Shown one piece after another: positions 18,486-24,000 of a stretch of DNA of 24,000 bases; position 1 is the first letter of the stretch, and every line of letters starts with the position of its first letter. Location of the stretch: NCBI RefSeq assembly GCF_900167335.1, contig NZ_FUXI01000013.1, positions 41,153 through 65,152 on the forward strand, written 5' to 3'. Under the pieces are notes generated by a model. The model ran no database searches, was not told where the DNA came from, and saw nothing but the letters and a program-made list of their open reading frames with translations. This stretch comes from Pilibacter termitis. Its GTDB lineage: Bacteria; Bacillota; Bacilli; Lactobacillales; Streptococcaceae. Both the position numbers and the translations under genes were made by a program.

Positions 18486-19265
18486 TTACAGCAAATCAAA
18501 ATGTTTCAATGCTTGAACCAAACCGCCCTCGGTATTTTTTCCAGTAATATATTCGGCAACAGCTTTTGTTTCTTCGACTCCATTGCCCATTGCGATACCA
18601 TGCGTTACTGCTTTTAAGAGAGGAACATCATTTGCTCCGTCACCAAAGGCGAACGTTGGAATATCTTTATGTCCTAAATAGTCGAGCAAGCGATTGACTC
18701 CGCTACCTTTATCGTTTTCGCTTGAAACAATGTCGATTGAATAACGTTGATTGCGGAAAAAATTCAATTCTGGGAATGCTTCGTGGTAAAGTTTATCTTT
18801 TTCAGGCTCGTTTGTTATCGCAAGAAGAAGATGAACGGCTTTTTCCTTGTATAAATCACTTGCCTCTCTTGGAGGGAGTGCGTTAATTGTTTGATAAGCG
18901 TGTTTCATGTTTTCAGTTACTTGATAAGCCCAGTAATCATGAGCATTGTAAAAACACATGCCCATACCTAAATCATTTGAAAATTCAATGAAACGCTCAA
19001 TGACGGAAATTGGTAGTGCATCTTCGTAAATTGTTTTCTCTTGCATTTGAATAAATTGCCCGTTTAATGCAACGATAGAGTCAATTCCAATTTGTTTCAT
19101 AATATGTTCCACTTCGACAATACTTCGTCCTGTTGCAATCAAAGGAAGAACATCATTTTTCTTTAATTGGCTAATCGCTGTGATGACCTCGTTATCCACT
19201 TGAGATTTTTCGTTTAACACTGTTCCGTCTAAATCAAAAAAACATATCGCCTTATATTCCTGCAT
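18486..19265 (-). CDS. Cof-type HAD-IIB family hydrolase (sugar-phosphate phosphatase type)
   Basis: 259 aa with RBS aaggagcggag. HAD motif I is FFDLDGTV and motif IV is GDGANDVPLL. A Cof-like cap region is present. Confidence 0.9.
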   Translation of the reverse strand: MQEYKAICFFDLDGTVLNEKSQVDNEVITAISQLKKNDVLPLIATGRSIVEVEHIMKQIGIDSIVALNGQFIQMQEKTIYEDALPISVIERFIEFSNDLGMGMCFYNAHDYWAYQVTENMKHAYQTINALPPREASDLYKEKAVHLLLAITNEPEKDKLYHEAFPELNFFRNQRYSIDIVSSENDKGSGVNRLLDYLGHKDIPTFAFGDGANDVPLLKAVTHGIAMGNGVEETKAVAEYITGKNTEGGLVQALKHFDLL

Positions 19266-19326
19266 TTTCTCCGCTCCTTGTTGTGATTGAAAAGTCTAGT
19301 CAAATTATTTTTTGTGTCTATGATAA

Positions 19327-19481
19327 GGGCTCCTCTAAAAACTCCGCTTAAGACTAAATTAGCTAGTTTTTCGATTTTCGAGAAAATCGACGAAAGCTAT
19401 GTGGTTCATAGGTTGAGGAGATTGACAAAGAAAATCGGAAAACTAGCAATTTAGGATAAGTGCGAGTTTTTAGAGGTGCCC
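19327..19481. repeat. MITE-like palindromic element (family B), 155 bp with ~52-bp terminal inverted repeats
   Basis: The left arm gggctcctctaaaaactccgcttaagactaaattagctagtttttcgattttc (19327-19379) is about 80 percent identical to the reverse complement of the right arm (19430-19481, ending tttttagaggtgccc). The element is flanked by ataa on both sides. It encodes no ORF. Confidence 0.7.
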
Positions 19482-19612
19482 ATAAATGCTATATCTTCAT
19501 TTTACCATTTCATTGTTAAAAAAGCATCTTTTCTTATAGAGTGTCTCTAAAAATAGTTGGGTAAATTTTTTTTATCAAAACAATAGTATTATTCATCATA
19601 AAGCTGATTTTT

Positions 19613-19621
19613 TGTTACAAT
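19613..19621 (+). promoter_or_regulatory. Extended -10 promoter element (TGtTACAAT) upstream of miaA
   Basis: tgttacaat lies about 44 nt upstream of ATG 19665. Sequence match only. Confidence 0.4.
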
Positions 19622-19664
19622 AGAAATGAGGTACTTGGAAGATAATAGAATTTCGGAGAAAAAA

Positions 19665-20588
19665 ATGAGTAAAGCGAAAATAATTGCGATTGTAGGTCCT
19701 ACCGCTGTCGGAAAAACAGCTCTTGGCATAGAGCTTGCACAGCGTTTTAACGGAGAAATTATTAGCGGAGATTCTCTGCAAGTGTATAAAAGGTTGGATA
19801 TTGGTACAGCAAAAGCGACAAGTGAAGAGCAAAATCAAGCCATTCATCACTTGATTGACGTGAGAGAAATTAATGAAAATTATTCTGCAAGTGATTTTCA
19901 GCATTCAGCAAAAGCATTGATTGAAGAAATTACTGCACGCAAGCGATTGCCGATTGTTGTTGGCGGAACTGGTTTGTATATTCAAAGTTTACTAGAAGAC
20001 TATTCATTGGGAGGTGTTCATCATTTTCCACACGTGCGTGAAAAATATGAAAAATACCTAGAAGAAAACGGCAAAACTGCTCTTTGGGAACTTTTGTACA
20101 AGAAAGATGTGAAAAGTGCAGAAATGACGCATGAAAACAATACACGGCGGATTATTCGTGCATTGGAAGTGCTTGAAAACACAGGAAAAAGCATTGTGCA
20201 AGCGGACGGGACAACGGATTTGGATTTGTACCAGTCAAAGATTTTTGGCTTGACGACGAAAAGAGAATTACTTTATGAGCGAATTAATTTGCGAGTGAAA
20301 CAAATGCAGGAAAACGGTTTGCTTGAGGAGGCGAGATTTCTTTATGAAAACTATCCGAACGCTCAAGCAGCAGCAGGAATTGGATATAAGGAATTTTTCC
20401 CTTATTTTAAAGGGGAAATCACTCTTGATATGGCGATAGAAAAAGTTCAACAACATTCACGCAACTATGCAAAACGACAATTGACATGGTTTAGAAACCG
20501 CATGAATACAGAATGGTTTGACCTTGTTGAAAATGGCGAAGAAAAAGAGAAATTGTTTCAAGAAGTAGAACAATTTTTGGCATTATGA
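19665..20588 (+). CDS. miaA: tRNA dimethylallyltransferase
   Basis: Start re-called at ATG 19665 (RBS ggag, giving MSKAKIIAIVGPTAVGKT with the P-loop), whereas the ORF track starts at 19626. Typical MiaA motifs are SGDSLQVYKRLDIGTAK and RNYAKRQLTWFRN. Confidence 0.93.
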   Translation: MSKAKIIAIVGPTAVGKTALGIELAQRFNGEIISGDSLQVYKRLDIGTAKATSEEQNQAIHHLIDVREINENYSASDFQHSAKALIEEITARKRLPIVVGGTGLYIQSLLEDYSLGGVHHFPHVREKYEKYLEENGKTALWELLYKKDVKSAEMTHENNTRRIIRALEVLENTGKSIVQADGTTDLDLYQSKIFGLTTKRELLYERINLRVKQMQENGLLEEARFLYENYPNAQAAAGIGYKEFFPYFKGEITLDMAIEKVQQHSRNYAKRQLTWFRNRMNTEWFDLVENGEEKEKLFQEVEQFLAL

Positions 20589-20703
20589 AGGAATGGTAGG
20601 AATTTTTGAGTAAGAAAGACTTCGAGCTTGCGAGTGTCCCATTTGGGTGCAGCGGAAGTCAAGTTTCAAGAAATCCCGAAGTGATTTCGCAGAAAGGAGC
20701 AAC

Positions 20704-21957
20704 ATGGATACACAAAAAGAAAAAGCAATCTTGGTTGGTGTGAAAACTTATGCAAACGGAGAAAATTTTGAGTCCTCGATGAAAGAGTTGAAAAATTTGA
20801 CCAAAACAGCAGAAGGGGAAGTAGTTTTAGAGCTAACCCAAAATTTGCAAGAAATTGATAGAAAAACGGTCATAGGAAAAGGGAAATTGCAAGAGCTTGC
20901 GGAGTTGATAGAGGCTCATGAGGCGAATTTGGTCATTTTTAACCACGAACTTTCTCCTCGACAAGCGAACAATATTGAAGAAGTGCTAAATGTGAAAGTT
21001 TTGGATAGAGTTCAGTTGATTTTGGATATTTTTGCAATGCGTGCAAGAAGTCGTGAAGGAAAATTGCAAGTTGAGCTTGCACAACTTCAATATGTGAGTC
21101 AGCGGCTTTCTGGTGGAAGTGGATTGGCACTTTCTCGTCAAGGTGGAGGAATTGGTGCAAGAGGTGCTGGTGAAAGCAAACTCGAAACCGACAGACGACA
21201 TATTCGCACGAGAATTACGATGATCAAAAAAGAATTAAAAGAAATTGCCGCTCATCGCTTGCGTATGAGAGATAAAAGGCGAGAAAGTAATGTTTTCCAA
21301 ATTGGTTTAATTGGCTATACAAACGCTGGGAAATCAACGATTTTAAATCTTTTGACATCTGCGAATACTTATGAGGAAAATCAATTATTTGCTACTCTTG
21401 ACCCACTTACGAAAAAATGGATGCTCCCACAAGGGATGATTGTCACATTGACCGATACAGTAGGATTCATTCAAGATTTGCCAACGCAATTAGTCGAGGC
21501 ATTTCAGTCAACGCTTGAGGAAAGTAAAAATGTAGATTTACTTCTTCACGTGGTAGATGCGAGCAATCCTTATCATATCCAGCATGAAGAAACAGTGCTT
21601 GAGTTATTAAAAGAGCTGGAAATGGAAAGTTTGCCGATTTTGACTGTTTACAATAAGTCAGACAAGTTAACAGAGGAATTTACGCCAACGCTATTTCCAA
21701 ATGTTTTGATTTCTTCTAAAAGCACTGTGGGAAAAGAGGCACTCACAGACGCCGTTCGCAAGCGAATGATGGAAATTATGGAGCCGTACGATTTCTCGCT
21801 TTTTGCCAATCAAGGAAAAGAACTACATGATTTACGTGTGGAAAGTATTTTGCTAATAGAAGAATATCGTGAAGAAACCAATGATTACCACGTAAAAGGA
21901 TTTGCTAAAACGGGGAGTAAATGGGTATCTGAAAAGAATACTTATGAAGAATATTGA
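20704..21957 (+). CDS. hflX: GTPase HflX
   Basis: Start re-called at ATG 20704 (RBS aaaggag), whereas the ORF track starts at 20647. It has an HflX N-terminal domain and G motifs GYTNAGKST, DTVGF and NKSD. Confidence 0.92.
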   Translation: MDTQKEKAILVGVKTYANGENFESSMKELKNLTKTAEGEVVLELTQNLQEIDRKTVIGKGKLQELAELIEAHEANLVIFNHELSPRQANNIEEVLNVKVLDRVQLILDIFAMRARSREGKLQVELAQLQYVSQRLSGGSGLALSRQGGGIGARGAGESKLETDRRHIRTRITMIKKELKEIAAHRLRMRDKRRESNVFQIGLIGYTNAGKSTILNLLTSANTYEENQLFATLDPLTKKWMLPQGMIVTLTDTVGFIQDLPTQLVEAFQSTLEESKNVDLLLHVVDASNPYHIQHEETVLELLKELEMESLPILTVYNKSDKLTEEFTPTLFPNVLISSKSTVGKEALTDAVRKRMMEIMEPYDFSLFANQGKELHDLRVESILLIEEYREETNDYHVKGFAKTGSKWVSEKNTYEEY

Positions 21958-21977
21958 CAATCAAAAGGAAGAATAAT

Positions 21978-23231
21978 ATGAACTGGATAAACCAATTTGA
22001 CGAAAAATTAATCACAATCATTAATAATGTAGAAGAAAAAATAACACAAAAACGCAAAGAAATTCAAGAAGTAGCACTTTTCAATCAACAAAAAGTTTTA
22101 CGTGCGTTTCAACAAGAAAGAGTGGCAGCAACTGATTTGCTTGCCTCGACAGGATATGGTTATGATGATATTGGTCGTGAAAAATTAGACAAAATTTATG
22201 CTCGTAGTTTTGGTGCAGAAAGTGCGATTGTTCGCCCGCAAATTGTCTCTGGTACTCATGCTCTTGCGACCGCACTTTTTGGATTATTGAAACCAACGGA
22301 CGAGTTGCTCTATATTACTGGCACGCCTTATGACACGTTGCTCGAAGTGATAGGTGTGACGGGTGACGGACGTGGTAGCTTAAAAGAAATCGGTGTAGGC
22401 TTTGATTTTGTACCACTCAAGGACGGCAAAGTCAATTTTGAGCAAGTCAAGGAACAAATAACACCGAAAACAAAAGTTGTTGCGATTCAACGCTCACGAG
22501 GATATGCCGGAAGAGCGAGTTTCACCATAGAAGAAATCAAAGAAATGTGTGATTTTATTCGCTCGTTTAATAAAGAAGTGATTATTTTTGCAGATAATTG
22601 CTACGGAGAGTTTTCTGAGACAATCGAACCAACGGAAGTTGGCGTTGACCTTATGGCAGGTTCTCTCATCAAAAATCCGGGCGGTGGCATTGCTAAAACG
22701 GGAGGCTATATTGCGGGAAAAACGGAATTAGTGGAGGCTGCAAGCTATCGATTGACAACGGCAGGAGTCGGAAGTGCGGGTGGTGCAATGGGGAGTAATA
22801 CCTATGATTTTCTCCAAGGTTTTTTCCTTTCTCCGCACACAGTTTCACAAGCGATTCAAGGAGCAATCTTTACTGCGGCTTTACTAGAAGAATTTGGTGT
22901 AGAGGCAAATCCAAAATGGCATGAAAAACGAACGGATTTAATTCAGACCATTGAGCTAGGGACAGTGGAGGCGATGACGATTTTTTGTCAAACGGTGCAA
23001 AAACTTTCGCCGATTGACTCGAATATTTTGCCAATTCCAAGTGCTATGCCGGGATATGAAGATGAAATTTTAATGGCGGCAGGAAGTTTTGTAGAAGGTA
23101 GCACGATGGAATTTTCTTGTGACGGGCCAGTTCGTCCTCCTTATCGTGTCTTTTTACAAGGTGGTTTGACCTATGAACACGTAAAACTTGCTGTTGCTCA
23201 AGCAGTATCGGAAATTTATTTTAAAGGATAG
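21978..23231 (+). CDS. Methionine gamma-lyase family / 'aluminium resistance' PLP-dependent protein (YnbB-like)
   Basis: Start re-called at ATG 21978 (RBS aaaggaag). The motif GSLIKNPGGGIAKTGGYI is typical of this family. The hflX-ynbB-glnR-glnA order is the same as in B. subtilis (ynbA-ynbB-glnRA). Confidence 0.85.
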   Translation: MNWINQFDEKLITIINNVEEKITQKRKEIQEVALFNQQKVLRAFQQERVAATDLLASTGYGYDDIGREKLDKIYARSFGAESAIVRPQIVSGTHALATALFGLLKPTDELLYITGTPYDTLLEVIGVTGDGRGSLKEIGVGFDFVPLKDGKVNFEQVKEQITPKTKVVAIQRSRGYAGRASFTIEEIKEMCDFIRSFNKEVIIFADNCYGEFSETIEPTEVGVDLMAGSLIKNPGGGIAKTGGYIAGKTELVEAASYRLTTAGVGSAGGAMGSNTYDFLQGFFLSPHTVSQAIQGAIFTAALLEEFGVEANPKWHEKRTDLIQTIELGTVEAMTIFCQTVQKLSPIDSNILPIPSAMPGYEDEILMAAGSFVEGSTMEFSCDGPVRPPYRVFLQGGLTYEHVKLAVAQAVSEIYFKG

Positions 23232-23238
23232 GGAAACG

Positions 23239-23269
23239 AGAGCAGGACGCAATTGTCTTGCTCTTTTTA
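23239..23269 (+). terminator. Rho-independent terminator
   Basis: Stem agagcaggac(23239-23248)/gtcttgctct(23255-23264) with one G-U pair, followed by T-run. Confidence 0.7.
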
Positions 23270-23329
23270 TGTTTAAAAAACGTTATTTTTTAGTTTTAAT
23301 GTTCGGAAATTCGGGTATTTTTTTGAGTG

Positions 23330-23346
23330 TGTTAGGTTTTCTTACA
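23330..23346. promoter_or_regulatory. GlnR/TnrA operator (TGTNA-N7-TNACA)
   Basis: tgttaggttttcttaca matches the 17-bp consensus perfectly. It lies just upstream of the -35 of the glnRA promoter, like glnRAo1 in B. subtilis. Confidence 0.75.
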
Positions 23347-23354
23347 TAAAAGTG

Positions 23355-23383
23355 TTGACGGATGAAAAAAAAAGGAGTATTCT
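23355..23383 (+). promoter_or_regulatory. Putative sigma-A promoter of glnRA
   Basis: TTGACG (23355-23360), a 17-nt spacer, then TATTCT (23378-23383). Confidence 0.5.
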
Positions 23384-23406
23384 AGTAACAAGCAAGGAGG
23401 AGTAGC

Positions 23407-23781
23407 ATGAAAGATAAAGAATTTCGTCGTTCTATGGCTGTGTTCCCGATGGGAGCAGTAATGAAGCTGACCGAACTTTCTGCACGTCAAATTCGTTATT
23501 ACGAAGAACAATCGCTCATTTTCCCCGAACGTTCAGACGGCAATCGTCGATTATTTTCACTAAATGATATTGATGTATTGCTTGAAATCAAAGATTATCT
23601 GTCCGAGGGGTTAAATATGGCGGGTGTGAAACGTATGATTGAAATGAAACGTGAAGAATCAGAAAAAACTGCGAAACGTGCACTTTCTGAGGAGGAAATC
23701 AGAAGAATTTTCCGAGAAGAACTTCTCAGCCAAGGTGGACTTGCCCAGAGAAACCCTAACGCTTTCCAAGCGAAAATGTAA
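23407..23781 (+). CDS. glnR: MerR-family glutamine synthetase repressor GlnR
   Basis: 124 aa with RBS aaggagg. The N-terminus [30 protein letters not shown] is characteristic of GlnR/TnrA. The gene lies immediately upstream of glnA. Confidence 0.93.
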   Translation: MKDKEFRRSMAVFPMGAVMKLTELSARQIRYYEEQSLIFPERSDGNRRLFSLNDIDVLLEIKDYLSEGLNMAGVKRMIEMKREESEKTAKRALSEEEIRRIFREELLSQGGLAQRNPNAFQAKM

Positions 23782-23818
23782 CCCAAAATACAAAAAAAGT
23801 CAAAGGAGACTGAAAATT

Positions 23819-24000
23819 ATGTCGAAAAAAAACTACACAGCAGCAGACATCAAAAAATTTGCACAAGAGGAAAATGTTCGATTTTTACGTTTAATGTTTA
23901 CGGACATTTTAGGAACAATCAAAAATGTAGAAGTACCTATTTCTCAATTGGATAAGGTATTGAAAAATCAAATGATGTTTGACGGTTCATCTATCGAAGG
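23819..24000 (+). CDS. glnA: Glutamine synthetase type I (5' part, continues beyond the window)
   Basis: ATG 23819 after RBS aaaggag. The product reads [61 protein letters not shown]. Not in the ORF track because it is open-ended. Confidence 0.93.
   Translation, partial: MSKKNYTAADIKKFAQEENVRFLRLMFTDILGTIKNVEVPISQLDKVLKNQMMFDGSSIE

Noticed and set aside
23351-23371. Second GlnR/TnrA operator overlapping the -35 (tgttgacggatgaaaaa)
   Set aside because: Only the left half-site is close (TGTTG). The right half (AAAAA) does not match TNACA. The position fits glnRAo2 but the sequence does not support a call.

Overview
This is 24 kb of chromosomal DNA from a low-GC Firmicute. Gene content and order look Lactobacillales-like (Enterococcaceae or Carnobacteriaceae type), but I cannot name the species from sequence alone. 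Nearly all genes are on the + strand.

Gene order:
- obg 3' end
- uppS, then a 615-bp array of five ~123-bp hairpin repeats, then cdsA, dxr, rseP, proS
- RpiR-family regulator, PTS EIIC (cellobiose/lactose family), GH1 6-phospho-beta-glucosidase
- a four-gene envelope operon: ArAE/FUSC-like membrane protein, unknown 172-aa protein, VanY-type M15 peptidase, GH73 glucosaminidase
- a membrane-anchored coiled-coil protein
- a small TxpA/BsrE-like type I toxin locus with a convergent antisense promoter
- a decayed accessory patch: truncated adhesin, frameshifted ABC exporter, remnant of a second ABC gene
- a Cof-type HAD hydrolase (- strand)
- miaA, hflX, ynbB-like PLP enzyme, glnR, glnA 5' end

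I saw no tRNA or rRNA, CRISPR, transposase, integrase, phage or recognisable defence genes.

The most unusual feature is the tandem repeat array wedged inside the otherwise tight uppS-cdsA operon. Its helices co-vary between copies, and a tandem G.A/A.G internal loop and a U-rich bulge are invariant. This looks like a selected RNA structure that I do not recognise.

Second is the unannotated type I toxin-antitoxin-like module at about 14.87-15.22 kb. Third is a MITE-like palindromic repeat family with two copies.

Several ORF-track starts are 5'-extended, and I re-called them at RBS-supported starts. All family assignments come from motifs read by eye and from memory. No database search was possible.
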